From: Nitrososphaerota archaeon
GTDB lineage: Archaea; Thermoproteota; EX4484-205; JAAOZP01
Assembly: GCA_011605725.1 (NCBI GenBank)
Contig: JAAOZP010000009.1
Span: 32,001-96,000, forward strand
Reading direction: 5' to 3'
DNA: 64,000 nt
The translations under genes were made by a program, and so were the position numbers. The first letter of the stretch is position 1; every line of letters starts with the position of its first letter. Below, piece by piece: positions 18,949 through 29,050 of the stretch. The notes under the pieces were generated by a model. That model ran no database searches. It had not been told where the DNA came from and worked only from the letters and a program-made list of their open reading frames with translations.

Positions 18949-19425
18949 GTGTTGAGTTTGCCAAGCTTTAAGTACAGTTTGGTTGAGGTGGACAGGGCCC
19001 GTTCGGCTAAGGCCAGCCTTAGAGAGGTTAGAGTATCGCCTAAACACTCGGTTGAGCTGGCCAGGTTTATAAAGGGTTTAAGGATCCCGGAGGCCAGGGA
19101 AAGGCTGGAGGCGGTTGTGGAGAAAAAGCTCCCTGTCCCGTTTAAAAGGTACAGGAAGAAGGTTCCTCATAGAAGGGGGGTTTTAAAAGCTGACTCCGGA
19201 AGGTATCCTGTTAAAGCAGCCAGGTTCTTACTAAGGCTGCTGGCGCAGCTTGAGGCTAATGCTGAGTTTAAAGGATTATCGCCGGAGAGGATGAGGATAA
19301 CCGGTGTCGTTGTCCATCGTGGGAGAAAGCTGAAAAGATATACGCCTAGAGCCTTCGGAAGGGCTACACCGAGGTTTGAAACCCTTACTCACGTGGAGGC
19401 CTTGGCTGTGGAGGAGGCTGGTTGA
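18949..19425 (+). CDS. rpl22: Ribosomal protein uL22
   Basis: SPKHSVE, GRYPVKAA, PRAFGRA. Confidence 0.96.
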   Translation: MLSLPSFKYSLVEVDRARSAKASLREVRVSPKHSVELARFIKGLRIPEARERLEAVVEKKLPVPFKRYRKKVPHRRGVLKADSGRYPVKAARFLLRLLAQLEANAEFKGLSPERMRITGVVVHRGRKLKRYTPRAFGRATPRFETLTHVEALAVEEAG

Positions 19426-19426
19426 A

Positions 19427-20077
19427 ATGTCTGCTAGGCGGAAAACGATTTTCTACAAGAGGGTTCTTGAATTCGGAAAGCTGCATCAGAAGATCGACGA
19501 CTTTCTAAAAGAGTACTTGAAGGAAGCTGGTTACAATGGTGTTAGACTGTTGAACGTCCCAATGGGTCTGGTGGTTACAATATACACTAGTAAGCCGGGT
19601 GCCGTCATAGGGCCGGATGGGAGAAACATAAGGGAGCTTCAAAACATGCTTCAGAAAAATTTTGGTCTTGAGAATCCTCAGGTTAATGTGGCTGAAGTTG
19701 AGAACCCTGATCTTGAGCCTCAACTGGTTGCGCAAATGATATGCAGGGCTTTAGAGCGGGGTGTTAAATACCGTAGGGCTGCTAGGGTTGCTCTCCGCAG
19801 GATAGTTGCAGCCGGTGCCGTTGGTTGCGAGATAAGGATAGCCGGTAAGCTGGCGACTGACAGAAGCAGGTTTGAAAAGTTTACATATGGTTATCTGCCT
19901 GCGGCTGGAGACCCAGCTATGAAGTATGTTAAAACCGGGAAGGCGAGTGTGCTTTTGCCTCAGGGCCTAATAGGGGTCAAGGTTAAGATTCTCTGTAAAG
20001 CATCCTTCCCGGATGAGGTTCAGATAATAGGGGTTCAGAAGGAGGCTGCTGAAGTTGGCGAGGCTAAAGGCGAGTGA
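19427..20077 (+). CDS. rps3: Ribosomal protein uS3
   Basis: KPGAVIGPDGRNI KH motif, GCEIRIAGKL, GLIGVKVKI. Confidence 0.96.
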   Translation: MSARRKTIFYKRVLEFGKLHQKIDDFLKEYLKEAGYNGVRLLNVPMGLVVTIYTSKPGAVIGPDGRNIRELQNMLQKNFGLENPQVNVAEVENPDLEPQLVAQMICRALERGVKYRRAARVALRRIVAAGAVGCEIRIAGKLATDRSRFEKFTYGYLPAAGDPAMKYVKTGKASVLLPQGLIGVKVKILCKASFPDEVQIIGVQKEAAEVGEAKGE

Positions 20078-20267
20078 AGTAAGGGCGATGTCTAGGGAGG
20101 AACGGCTTAAAAGGCTCCAGGAGCTTAGAAGCGAACTTATGATGGCGAGGATGAGAGCTGCCTCAGGGCTGGAGGAGAACACTAAGATGGTTAGAGAACT
20201 GAAGCGTGCTATAGCAAGAATACTTACTGTTGAAAAGGAGGAGGGGAGAATTGAGAGCTCCAAGTAA
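20055..20267 (+). CDS. rpl29: Ribosomal protein uL29
   Basis: RELKRAIARILT. Confidence 0.93.
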   Translation: MARLKASEVRAMSREERLKRLQELRSELMMARMRAASGLEENTKMVRELKRAIARILTVEKEEGRIESSK

Positions 20268-20520
20268 CCTTGCGTATCACGAGTTGAATGGTCTGCATGT
20301 TAGGGTTGTGGATTTGAGCAGCGGGTCGACTGTTGCTTCGGGCAGGGTTGTCTGGGAAACGAAGAACACTTTCACCATACTGTCTGAAAGAGGCAGGTGT
20401 CTAACAATACCTAAGCATAACAAGAGATTCTTTTTCAGACTTGGCGACACGGATGTTGCTATAAATGGAGACTCGATTGCCTTCAGACCTGAAGAAAGAA
20501 CTGGGAGGGTTGACCCATGA
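20251..20520 (+). CDS. rnp1: RNase P protein Rpp29/Pop4
   Basis: HELNGL, GRVVWETKN, IPK, RPEER. Confidence 0.9.
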   Translation: MRAPSNLAYHELNGLHVRVVDLSSGSTVASGRVVWETKNTFTILSERGRCLTIPKHNKRFFFRLGDTDVAINGDSIAFRPEERTGRVDP

Positions 20521-20840
20521 GCTTTCTTAAGGGTCTCAATATTTCTCCACCTGAGACCGAGTGCAGTGACAGGAAGTGTCCGTTTCACGGTGAAGTTAGG
20601 ATCAGGGGAAGTGTTTTTGAGGGCGTTGTTGTTTCTGACCGAATGAAGAACACGGTGATCGTCATGAGAGAATACTTGCAGTATGTTCCGAAGTATAAGC
20701 GTTACATGAGGAAGAGGAGCAGAATACCTTCTCACAATCCTCCGTGCATCGCTGCTAGAACAGGGGATAAAGTTATAATAGGTGAGAGTAGACCTTTAAG
20801 CAAGACGGTGCATTTCGTAGTGCTGGGTAAGGTGAAGTAG
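20517..20840 (+). CDS. rps17: Ribosomal protein uS17
   Basis: CPFHG, GVVVSDRM, PKYKRY, RPLSKT. Confidence 0.96.
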   Translation: MSFLKGLNISPPETECSDRKCPFHGEVRIRGSVFEGVVVSDRMKNTVIVMREYLQYVPKYKRYMRKRSRIPSHNPPCIAARTGDKVIIGESRPLSKTVHFVVLGKVK

Positions 20841-20841
20841 C

Positions 20842-21279
20842 ATGGCGGTGAAGAAATCCAGAGCAGTTTCTGCAAAAGGCATTTTAGAGTATAGGCTGAG
20901 AGGCTCTAGGGGTCTTCCTGTTGGCGCGAGCCTCGTCTGTGCGGACAATTCCGGCGCTAAGCTTCTAAGGATTGTTCAAGTAGCTAAGTCTGGAGGACGT
21001 CTTAGACGTCTACCCTCAGCTAAGGTGGGTGATCTAGTAACGGTCTCCGTTAAAAAGGGTACTCCTGACCTTAAGAACAAGCTTATGAAGGCGATAATAG
21101 TTAGACAGCGTTTCCCAATCAGGAGAAGAGACGGGTTAAGGGTTGTTTTCGAGGATAATGCTGCCGTGCTTATGACGCCTGAGGGAGACTTGAAGGGTAC
21201 TGAGGTTAAGGGCCCGGTTGCAAAAGAGGCTGTGGACCTATGGCCTAAGCTTTCAGCACTAGCCTCGTCAGTGGTGTGA
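20842..21279 (+). CDS. rpl14: Ribosomal protein uL14
   Basis: CADNSGAK, FEDNAAV, GPVAKE. Confidence 0.96.
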   Translation: MAVKKSRAVSAKGILEYRLRGSRGLPVGASLVCADNSGAKLLRIVQVAKSGGRLRRLPSAKVGDLVTVSVKKGTPDLKNKLMKAIIVRQRFPIRRRDGLRVVFEDNAAVLMTPEGDLKGTEVKGPVAKEAVDLWPKLSALASSVV

Positions 21280-21632
21280 ACGGTATGAACGAGAGACACT
21301 TAGCATATAAGGCTTCCTCCGTTCATCTGAGTCGTGAGCTTAGAAGTAAGTATGGTTTCAGGAGCCTGCCCATCAGAGCCGGAGACAGGGTTCTTATAAT
21401 CAGAGGAGACTATAAGGGTGTTGAAGGCGATGTTAGCAGAGTTGACAGGGCGAGGGGGCGTGTCTACGTTTCAGGAGTATACCGTGAGAATGCTCGTGGC
21501 GAGCAGCGCTTAATACCAATACCGTTAAGCTCAGTGATACTCGTAAAGATTGAGGATAAGGATGAGTGGAGGCGGCGCTTGATAGAGAGGAAGCTTAAGC
21601 CAGTTAAGGAGGCATCGGAAAATGGCTCGTAA
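21276..21632 (+). CDS. rpl24: Ribosomal protein uL24
   Basis: LSRELRSKYG, IRAGDRVLIIRGDYKG. Confidence 0.93.
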   Translation: MNGMNERHLAYKASSVHLSRELRSKYGFRSLPIRAGDRVLIIRGDYKGVEGDVSRVDRARGRVYVSGVYRENARGEQRLIPIPLSSVILVKIEDKDEWRRRLIERKLKPVKEASENGS

Positions 21633-22344
21633 AGGTGGCTCTAAGAGCTTAAAGAGGTTTGCTGCCCCGCCTGTAATGCAGGTTTCCAGCGTTAAGGAGA
21701 GAAAGTTCGTCACCAGGCCTGAGCCTGGTCCACATAGTCTCAAGATGTCAATACCCTTGCAGGTTCTCGTCAGAGACATCTTGAAAATGGCTGAGACAGG
21801 TAGGGAGGCGAAATATGTGATAAGCCACTCGATGGTTCTCGTAGACGGGGTTGTGAGGACTTCCCACAAGTTTCCAGTGGGGCTTATGGATGTTGTCAGC
21901 GTGAGAGAGCTGGGTAAACACTTCAGGATTCTGGTTAACGAAAAGGGTGAGCTAATCCCGGTTGAAATCCCGCAGGAGGAGGCTTCCATGAAAATATGCA
22001 GGATTAACAAGAAATATCTTTACAGGGGCAGGCTGAGGCTTGCGACTGAGGATGGGCGATCCTTTGAAACGGAAGACTGGTCTCTGAACGTAGGCGGCTC
22101 GCTTCTTGTAAAGATTCCGGAAGGAACTGTTCTAGACAAGGCTCCTCTATGTGAAGGCGTTATTGGATATGTTTTCATGGGTAAGCACACGGGTGCCGTC
22201 GGCACCGTTAGAAAAGTCTCTGAATCAAGCCTGCTTAGAGAAAGTACTGTTACGCTTTCAGTTGCAGACGGGAGTGAAATAAGCACTGTTAAGGATTACG
22301 TTATGGTTGTCGGGAGGGATAAGCCTTGGTTGAAACTGTTTTAG
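21622..22344 (+). CDS. rps4e: Ribosomal protein eS4
   Basis: LKRFAAP, PGPH, VDGVVR, FPVGLMDV. Confidence 0.96.
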   Translation: MARKGGSKSLKRFAAPPVMQVSSVKERKFVTRPEPGPHSLKMSIPLQVLVRDILKMAETGREAKYVISHSMVLVDGVVRTSHKFPVGLMDVVSVRELGKHFRILVNEKGELIPVEIPQEEASMKICRINKKYLYRGRLRLATEDGRSFETEDWSLNVGGSLLVKIPEGTVLDKAPLCEGVIGYVFMGKHTGAVGTVRKVSESSLLRESTVTLSVADGSEISTVKDYVMVVGRDKPWLKLF

Positions 22345-22865
22345 AGGAGAAAAAGGCTCAGGCGAATCCTATGAGGCGAATAATGATCGAGAAGGTTGTG
22401 GTCAACATTTGTCCTGGGAAGCCGGGTGAACCCTTGGAGAAGGCTAAGCAGGTTTTAACGCTTTTAACCGGTATGAAGCCTGCTGAGAGAAGAGCTAGGA
22501 AAACAATAAAGGAGTTTGGCGTCAGAAGGCGTGAAGCCATCGCTGCGATAGTGACTCTAAGGGGTAGCAGGGCAGAGGAGTTTCTCGAAAAGGCTTTCAC
22601 AGCAATCGGCAGGAAGGTGAAGGCATCCAGCTTCCAGAACGGTGTCTTCAGCTTCGGCGTGAGAGAGCATATTCAGTTTCCAGGGGTTAAGTATGATCCT
22701 AAGATAGGCGTGCTAGGTATGGATATATGTGTCAAGCTTTGCAGGCCAGGGTTCCGTGTAATGTATAGGAGGCGCAGGAGAAGCACTGTAGGCAAGTCTC
22801 ATAGAATAACTAGGGAGGAGGCGATTAACTTTATGAAGGAGCGGTTCAGCCTGGAGGTTGTCTGA
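22326..22865 (+). CDS. rpl5: Ribosomal protein uL5
   Basis: [27 protein letters not shown]. Confidence 0.96.
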   Translation: MVETVLEEKKAQANPMRRIMIEKVVVNICPGKPGEPLEKAKQVLTLLTGMKPAERRARKTIKEFGVRRREAIAAIVTLRGSRAEEFLEKAFTAIGRKVKASSFQNGVFSFGVREHIQFPGVKYDPKIGVLGMDICVKLCRPGFRVMYRRRRRSTVGKSHRITREEAINFMKERFSLEVV

Positions 22866-22866
22866 A

Positions 22867-23028
22867 ATGGCTCGTCAAACTCCGAAGAAGAGAACGTTCG
22901 GCAAGGGCTCGAGGCCCTGTGTGAGATGCGGCTCATACGGGCCGATAATCCGGCAATACGGCTTAAACTATTGTAGACACTGCTTCAGGGAGGTTGCTCC
23001 ACTGCTGGGCTTCAGGAAGTATAATTAG
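22867..23028 (+). CDS. rps14: Ribosomal protein uS14 (Zn-binding)
   Basis: Manual translation: [22 protein letters not shown]...[23 protein letters not shown]. Confidence 0.95.
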   Translation: MARQTPKKRTFGKGSRPCVRCGSYGPIIRQYGLNYCRHCFREVAPLLGFRKYN

Positions 23029-23039
23029 GTGTTACATGA

Positions 23040-23432
23040 ATGACTCTTAATGATCCTCTGGCCAACGCGTTAACGGCTCTTCAAAACGCTGACCTGCGTA
23101 GAAAGAAAGAGTGCATAATATCTCCTGCTTCTAACCTTATAGGGCACGTGCTTAAGATTCTTCAGCAATCCGGGTACATAGGCGAGTTCGAATTCATAGA
23201 CGATGGTAAAGCAGGCTTCTTCAGGGTTCAGCTTGTGGGGAGGATTAACAAGTGTAGGGCGATTAAGCCCAGGTTTCCAGCATCCTACCGTGATATTGAG
23301 AAGTTTGAAAAAATGTTTCTCCCAGCCTACAATGTTGGGCTTCTAATCGTTTCAACACCCCAGGGCTTAATGACTCATACTGAGGCTAAGAGCAGGAAGA
23401 TTGGAGGAAGGTTGATCGCATATGTCTACTAG
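23040..23432 (+). CDS. rps8: Ribosomal protein uS8
   Basis: [33 protein letters not shown]. Confidence 0.96.
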   Translation: MTLNDPLANALTALQNADLRRKKECIISPASNLIGHVLKILQQSGYIGEFEFIDDGKAGFFRVQLVGRINKCRAIKPRFPASYRDIEKFEKMFLPAYNVGLLIVSTPQGLMTHTEAKSRKIGGRLIAYVY

Positions 23433-23991
23433 CAATATAGAGTCTGCTGTTCATGTTGCTACTGTGAAAGTGCCTGAAAACGTGAAGATAAGCCTCCAGT
23501 ATTCAACTGTGACTGTTGAGGGGCCTCTTGGAAGGCTTTCCAGAGACTTTTCCCACACCGGTTTAAAGCTTACTCTAGAGGGAGACGTTCTTAAGGTTTT
23601 CAGCGTCAACAAAGGGAGAAGGTTTAAAGCGAGGGTTGGAACTGTTGCAAAATTGATTAAGAACATGTTTGAAGGCGTTCTCCACGGCTATATCGTTAGA
23701 TTGAAGATTGTCTATTCTCACTTTCCCGTCACAGTTAAGTATGACAAGCCTACTGGAACGGTTTCTATACATAATTTCATGGGTGAGAAGTCTCCCCGAC
23801 TCTTCAAAATACCTTTTCCAAACGTTGACATTCACGTTTCGGGTCAAGACATTACTGTCACAGGACTAGACAAGAACGAGGTTACTCAGGTTGCTGCAAT
23901 GTTCGAATTAGCAACCAAGATTAAGGATAAGGATCCAAGAGTTTACATCGACGGCATATACGTTGTGGAGAAAGGATTATGGAGGAAGTGA
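23422..23991 (+). CDS. rpl6: Ribosomal protein uL6
   Basis: [27 protein letters not shown]. Confidence 0.96.
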   Translation: MSTSNIESAVHVATVKVPENVKISLQYSTVTVEGPLGRLSRDFSHTGLKLTLEGDVLKVFSVNKGRRFKARVGTVAKLIKNMFEGVLHGYIVRLKIVYSHFPVTVKYDKPTGTVSIHNFMGEKSPRLFKIPFPNVDIHVSGQDITVTGLDKNEVTQVAAMFELATKIKDKDPRVYIDGIYVVEKGLWRK

Positions 23992-24407
23992 ATATGTCTG
24001 CCGAAATAAAGAAGCTTCTCTCCGCTAGGAGGAGACGGAAAGAAACAAAACCATCGTTCGTCAGGCAGGAGAGCTGGAGATACACTAGGCTTAGTGAAAA
24101 CTGGCGTAGACCAAGAGGAAAGGACAGTAAAATGAGGCTTAGTGCAAAAGGCTGGCCTAAGACAGTCAACATCGGTTACGGCACACCAAGGCGGTCGAGA
24201 GGCCTCCACCCTTCAGGCTTAAGACCCATCCTTATCTCATCTAGACGCGACTTGGAGAAAGCAGGTTCTCCCAATGGTAAAATACTTGTATTCTCCTCTA
24301 GGCTTGGCAGAAGGCTGAGGGAGGCTCTTGCCAAGGAGGCCTCCTCCAAGGGCTTCATTATCGCGAACTATGAGAGGAAGGTTATTGAGAAGGCTGAGGA
24401 GGGTTAA
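23979..24407 (+). CDS. rpl32e: Ribosomal protein eL32
   Basis: FVRQESWRY, WRRPRGKDSK, GLHPSG. Confidence 0.95.
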   Translation: MEEVNMSAEIKKLLSARRRRKETKPSFVRQESWRYTRLSENWRRPRGKDSKMRLSAKGWPKTVNIGYGTPRRSRGLHPSGLRPILISSRRDLEKAGSPNGKILVFSSRLGRRLREALAKEASSKGFIIANYERKVIEKAEEG

Positions 24408-24410
24408 TAG

Positions 24411-24842
24411 TTGAGTGTTAAGACTGTCAGAAGACTGGCTGCTGACATCTTGAAAGTCGGGGAGTCGAGAATCTGGATAGACCCTGCAAGGATTGAAGAA
24501 GTTGAGGACGCTGTTACAAGGGCTGACGTGAGGAGGCTTATTAAAAGCGGCGTGGTAAGGGAGAGGCCGCCGTCAACCCCGAGCAGGGGGAGGGTTAGGG
24601 CGAGAAGCGGGAGAAGAGGCCCGGGAAGCAGGAAGGGGGCAAAGGGTGCTAGAATGACTGTGACATGGGTTGAGAAGGTCAGGGCTCAGAGAAGGCTTCT
24701 CAAACAGCTCCGGGACAAAGGCGTTATTTCAAGAAGGCTCTACAGGAGGCTCTACCTAATGGTTAAGGGCGGTGCTTTCTCTAGCAGAAGGGTTTTGATG
24801 AATTATGTTGCTTCGCTGAAAGAAAGGGGTGAGGCTGTTTAA
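24411..24842 (+). CDS. rpl19e: Ribosomal protein eL19
   Basis: RRLAADILKVGESRIWIDP, GPGSRKG, YRRLY. Confidence 0.96.
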   Translation: MSVKTVRRLAADILKVGESRIWIDPARIEEVEDAVTRADVRRLIKSGVVRERPPSTPSRGRVRARSGRRGPGSRKGAKGARMTVTWVEKVRAQRRLLKQLRDKGVISRRLYRRLYLMVKGGAFSSRRVLMNYVASLKERGEAV

Positions 24843-25417
24843 TGGCTAGGTCAGCATCCTACAGGGTGAAGTTTAAGCGTCGCAGGAAGGGTCTTACGGA
24901 CTACTATTTAAGAACAAAGCTTCTCAGGTCAGGCTTACCTAGAGTGGTCGTAAGGGTTTCAAACAAGCATGTGCGCGTGGCGGTTGTTTCAAGCAGGCTC
25001 GGCGGGGACGTTGTTATTGCCCATGCTTTCTCACAGGAGCTTAAGAAATTCGGCTGGCCTTTCAGCTTCAACAATACTCCGGCAGCCTACTTGACGGCTT
25101 ACTTAGCTGGATTAAGATGTTTAAAGAAAAATGTTTCAGAAGGTATTCTAGACGCTGGACTACACAAGCCGACTAAGGGTGGAAGAGTATATGCTGCTTG
25201 CAGCGGGCTTCTGGATGCGGGCTTCAAGTTGAGGGTTGACCCATCTATGCTCCCGGATAAGAGTAGGATAACGGGGGAACACATATCTCGCTTCTTCAAA
25301 GAATCAGGGGGAAAAGGTTTTTCAAGGTATGTGGAAGCCGGTTTGAAGGTTGAGGAGATGCCAAAAATATTTGAAGAGGTTAAAGGCAGGTTGAGGGAGG
25401 CTGCTGTAAATGGCTGA
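24842..25417 (+). CDS. rpl18: Ribosomal protein uL18
   Basis: KRRRKGLTDY, NTPAAYLT, LDAG. Confidence 0.95.
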   Translation: MARSASYRVKFKRRRKGLTDYYLRTKLLRSGLPRVVVRVSNKHVRVAVVSSRLGGDVVIAHAFSQELKKFGWPFSFNNTPAAYLTAYLAGLRCLKKNVSEGILDAGLHKPTKGGRVYAACSGLLDAGFKLRVDPSMLPDKSRITGEHISRFFKESGGKGFSRYVEAGLKVEEMPKIFEEVKGRLREAAVNG

Positions 25418-26069
25418 GGACGAGATAGGGGAGCCTGAGGAAGAAGTCAGAGAGATAACCATCGAAACTCCTTTAATAAGGATGATTAAAGAAGGCAGAG
25501 TTTCATCCGTTGAAGACGTTTTCAACATGGGTCTGAAGATAAGGGAGCCTGAGGCTATAGACCTTTTGTTACGCAAGATAAGGGAGGAAGTCATATCGAT
25601 GAGCCCTGTTCAAAAGCAGAGCGATGCTGGTGAGAAGACTCGTTTCAGAGCACTCGTTGTCGTTGGGGATGAGGATGGTCATGTCGGCATAGGTTCAGCT
25701 AAGGCTAAGCAGGTTAGAGACGCGATTGAAAAGGCCGCTAGGAAGGCTAGGCTAAACATAATACCTGTACCAAGAGGATGCGGCTCGTGGGAGTGTAAAT
25801 GCGGGGAGCCTCATTCAATACCTTCTAAAACATTCGGTAAGACTGGAAGTGTTTCTATCGTTCTATTCCCCGGTCCTAAGGGTCTCGGCTTGGTTGTAGG
25901 AGACGCTGCGAAACCTGTTTTCAGGCTCGCCGGGATAAAGGATGTTTGGTCTAAGACTAAGGGCTCCACTTCAACAAGCCACTCCTTCGTGACTGCTGCC
26001 TACCTTGCTTTGAAAAGGCTTTTCACAACCAGTTTCCTAGCTTCGGAGGCTGCTCGCGTTGAAGTCTGA
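25410..26069 (+). CDS. rps5: Ribosomal protein uS5
   Basis: QKQSDAGEKTRFR, RGCGSWEC, GPKGLGLV. Confidence 0.96.
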   Translation: MAEDEIGEPEEEVREITIETPLIRMIKEGRVSSVEDVFNMGLKIREPEAIDLLLRKIREEVISMSPVQKQSDAGEKTRFRALVVVGDEDGHVGIGSAKAKQVRDAIEKAARKARLNIIPVPRGCGSWECKCGEPHSIPSKTFGKTGSVSIVLFPGPKGLGLVVGDAAKPVFRLAGIKDVWSKTKGSTSTSHSFVTAAYLALKRLFTTSFLASEAARVEV

Positions 26070-26550
26070 GGGAAGCCTTCCTCCACTGGCAATAGTCGTT
26101 AGGGTAAGGGGATGTGTAAACGTTACTAAAGATGTTTCCACTACGCTCAGGAAGCTTAGACTCCTCAGGGTGAACTCTTCGACGCTCGTCAGGCTGACTC
26201 CCTCAGTGGAAGGCATGCTGAGAAAAGCGAAGGATTATGTTTTCTGGGGGAGAATAGATAAGAACACGCTTCGCCTACTACTCTTGAAAAGAGGCAGGCT
26301 TCCTGGAAACAGGCGTTTAAGCGATGAGAATATTTCAAAATACACTAGGTACGGGACGCTGGATGAGCTTGTTGAAGCAGTCTGGCTGAGCAGCTCTCCG
26401 GCTGAGGCTATTAAACCTGTTAAGCCTGTTTTCAGGCTTAACCCGCCTAAAGGCGGGTTTAAGAGAAGCGTTAAAAAACCCGTTAAGAAAGGCGGTATAC
26501 TGGGAGACTGGGGAGATAGGGTAAGCCGGATTCTGCGGAGAATGGTCTAG
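26059..26550 (+). CDS. rpl30: Ribosomal protein uL30
   Basis: VRVRG, GMLRKAKDYVFWG, FRLNPPKGG. Confidence 0.95.
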   Translation: MKSEGSLPPLAIVVRVRGCVNVTKDVSTTLRKLRLLRVNSSTLVRLTPSVEGMLRKAKDYVFWGRIDKNTLRLLLLKRGRLPGNRRLSDENISKYTRYGTLDELVEAVWLSSSPAEAIKPVKPVFRLNPPKGGFKRSVKKPVKKGGILGDWGDRVSRILRRMV

Positions 26551-26663
26551 CAGGCTGGGTCTGGCTTGAAAACTTGGCAAGGCTAAGCGTGAAAAGGTTT
26601 AAGACTCGCAGTAGTCTTAATGGTAAGGGTTAAAAAGTCCAGAATACTCTTCTCGCCGAGAAA

Positions 26664-27083
26664 TTGCCGACCAGGTTGAGAAAAGTAAGGAAGATGCGGG
26701 GCAGCAGAACCCACGGCTGGGGACAGGTAGGGCAGCATCGCAAATCAGGATCGAGAGGCGGTGTTGGCAGGGCTGGCAGCATGGGGCACAAGTTTCTAAT
26801 GTTCTATAAGGAGGAGAAGGAGAAAGGCTTCGTAAGAAAGGTTCCGAGGGTTGAAGGAGGGAAGATAAACGTTGGGAAGCTGGATGAGCTTTACAGAAGG
26901 ATGCACGGCAGGGCTCCGGAGGGTGGGGAAATTCTTGACCTGGCTGCGCTCGGCTATTCTAAGCTTCTCGGTTCTGGAAGTGTTTCCACAGCTTACGTGG
27001 TTAAGATTGCCTCTTTTAGCGAGAAGGCTAGGATGAAGATAGAGGCTAAAGGAGGCAGGATTGTTAAGCCTGGTGAAGCCTAA
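26664..27083 (+). CDS. rpl15: Ribosomal protein uL15
   Basis: RGSRTHGWG, GQHRKSG, KLLGSG, KIEAKGG. Confidence 0.96.
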   Translation: MPTRLRKVRKMRGSRTHGWGQVGQHRKSGSRGGVGRAGSMGHKFLMFYKEEKEKGFVRKVPRVEGGKINVGKLDELYRRMHGRAPEGGEILDLAALGYSKLLGSGSVSTAYVVKIASFSEKARMKIEAKGGRIVKPGEA

Positions 27084-28489
27084 TGGGATTCTTGGAAGCC
27101 ATGGAGAGTATTGAGCCTTACGTTCCACAGATAGAGGCGCCGACTAGGAAGGTAGGCTTCACTACCAGGCTGATGTGGACAGGGCTCGTCCTGGCGCTAT
27201 ACTTGGTTATGGGCTATATTCCTCTCTACGGGATTGCAACCCAGGGGGCTGATCCTTGGGCGTCATACAGGATCATAATAGGGGGGCAGCAGGGTTCTCT
27301 ACTCCACCTCGGCATCGGCCCTCTGGTTACAGGCAGTCTTATAGTGCAGCTTCTAGCCGGATCCGGATTAATCCGGTTCGACCCGGGTTCAGAGTATGAC
27401 AGAAGGATGCTGCAGGTCGCTACTAAGCTGGTTACGCTCCTGCTAATCTTTTTCTCAGCAGGCTCAACTGTTTTCAGCGGATCCCTTGGAACACTAGGTC
27501 TTAAGGCTGAGATGATAGCTATGACGCAGCTTTCAATAGCCTCGGTTCTCCTTCTCTTCCTCGACGAGACTCTCCAGAAAGGCTGGGGCCTGGGCAGCGG
27601 GATAAGCCTATTCATCTTAGCCGGTGTTGCTAAGGAAATATGGCTGGGCTGCTTAAACCCTTTTCCAGCGCCTGACGGCTACATGTGGGGAGTACTGCTC
27701 TTCTTCCTCCAAAAGTCTTTCTCCCTTCAAAACCCTCTCTCCGACTTTTTCTACAGGCGTGCTCCAACTGTTCCCACGCTTTTTCAGCTTATTGTGACAA
27801 TACTGTTCATACTCTTGCTAATCTATCTTGAAAACGTTAGGATTAACATTCCGATCTCCCACGGCCGTTTCAGAGGCTTCTCCAGAGGCTTCCCCATCAG
27901 ATTGCTTTACGTTTCAAACATTCCAGTTATTCTCGCAGCCGCGATCTTCTCGAACATACAGCTGATGGCTAATGTTGCAAGCGGGACTTGGCTGGCTGAA
28001 ACACCGGTTGCCGACTTCATAGGAAGGGTTAAAGTGGTTAACAACACGTATGTTCCTGTTTCAGGGCTCGCTTGGCTAGTGAATCCTCCGAGAGGCGTCA
28101 CGCACGCTGCTGCGGAGCCTCTTCACGCGTTAGGCTACGTGGTGCTGCTAGCCTTCTTAAGCCTAGGCCTGTCGATGGTTTGGCTCTCCGTGTCAGGTAT
28201 GGATGCCAAATCAGTTTCCTCTCAGCTGGTTGACTCAGATATTTTCCTAAGAGGCTTCAGATCCACTCCCGGGGTAATCGAGAGTAAAATAGCTCCCTAC
28301 ATAAACACGGTTGCACTCCTAGGCGGTTTAACAATCGGGCTTATCGCTGGCGTGGGGGATGTGCTTGCCGTCATAGGCGGGGGAATGGGTGTTCTGCTGG
28401 CGGTGGACATTATTCAACAATACTATCAGTTGATAATGGAGGAGACTATTGAAACCCATCCCGGCCTGCTTAGAATGCTTGGTAAGTAG
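27083..28489 (+). CDS. secY: Preprotein translocase SecY
   Basis: LGIGPLVT, GWGLGSGISLFI, LLYVSNIPVI; about 10 TM segments. Confidence 0.96.
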   Translation: MGFLEAMESIEPYVPQIEAPTRKVGFTTRLMWTGLVLALYLVMGYIPLYGIATQGADPWASYRIIIGGQQGSLLHLGIGPLVTGSLIVQLLAGSGLIRFDPGSEYDRRMLQVATKLVTLLLIFFSAGSTVFSGSLGTLGLKAEMIAMTQLSIASVLLLFLDETLQKGWGLGSGISLFILAGVAKEIWLGCLNPFPAPDGYMWGVLLFFLQKSFSLQNPLSDFFYRRAPTVPTLFQLIVTILFILLLIYLENVRINIPISHGRFRGFSRGFPIRLLYVSNIPVILAAAIFSNIQLMANVASGTWLAETPVADFIGRVKVVNNTYVPVSGLAWLVNPPRGVTHAAAEPLHALGYVVLLAFLSLGLSMVWLSVSGMDAKSVSSQLVDSDIFLRGFRSTPGVIESKIAPYINTVALLGGLTIGLIAGVGDVLAVIGGGMGVLLAVDIIQQYYQLIMEETIETHPGLLRMLGK

Positions 28490-28590
28490 CCAGAAACATT
28501 TATTTAACATCGTTTTTCCCGATGAATTAAGCATGGCACGTAAAGCTAGGCGTCTGTCTACGAGTGTTTTAAAACCGTTTACTGTGGAGG

Positions 28591-29049
28591 ATGATGGAAT
28601 TGTCCGCTAGTGGCGTAGTAATGGTGACGCTGGTTTCAGCAGTCGCCTCGCTCCTAGGCCACCTTGTTTTAAAGTTCTTCCTCCACCCTGAGAAAATAAG
28701 GTTGAAGACCGAGGAGTTAAAAGCATACAGGTTGGAGCGCGCCGCTGCAGTCAAGCTTAAGGATCAGAAGCTTCTTAAAAAGCTCGATAAGCAGAAGGTC
28801 TACATGTCTCAAGTCGAGCAGGAAGTCTCATCCTTCCAGCTTAAAACAATGCTCCTGAACATGGGCATCATGTTTTCAGCATTCTACTTTCTATGGTTCA
28901 CACTGCCTATGGGAGACATAGCCGGCCGTTTCTCAGCATCCCTATATGGTGGAAACGAGGAGTTACAGTTGAACTATGGCCTCTGGTACGTCATATCCCT
29001 CTCCTTCTTTCTACAGGTCTTCAGGAAAGCGTTTGAAGCAGGTGGCTGA
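28591..29049 (+). CDS. EMC3/TMCO1 (DUF106) membrane insertase-family protein
   Basis: TM, coiled coil, two TMs, WY motif; lies after secY. Confidence 0.75.
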   Translation: MMELSASGVVMVTLVSAVASLLGHLVLKFFLHPEKIRLKTEELKAYRLERAAAVKLKDQKLLKKLDKQKVYMSQVEQEVSSFQLKTMLLNMGIMFSAFYFLWFTLPMGDIAGRFSASLYGGNEELQLNYGLWYVISLSFFLQVFRKAFEAGG

Positions 29050-29050
29050 A

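Noticed and set aside
20267-20280. Absence of aIF1/SUI1 between uL29 and Rpp29
   Set aside because: Many TACK archaea encode it elsewhere; loss cannot be inferred from this window
28534-28609. Short ORF MARKARRLSTSVLK... after secY
   Set aside because: About 25 codons, no recognised family, overlaps the DUF106 start
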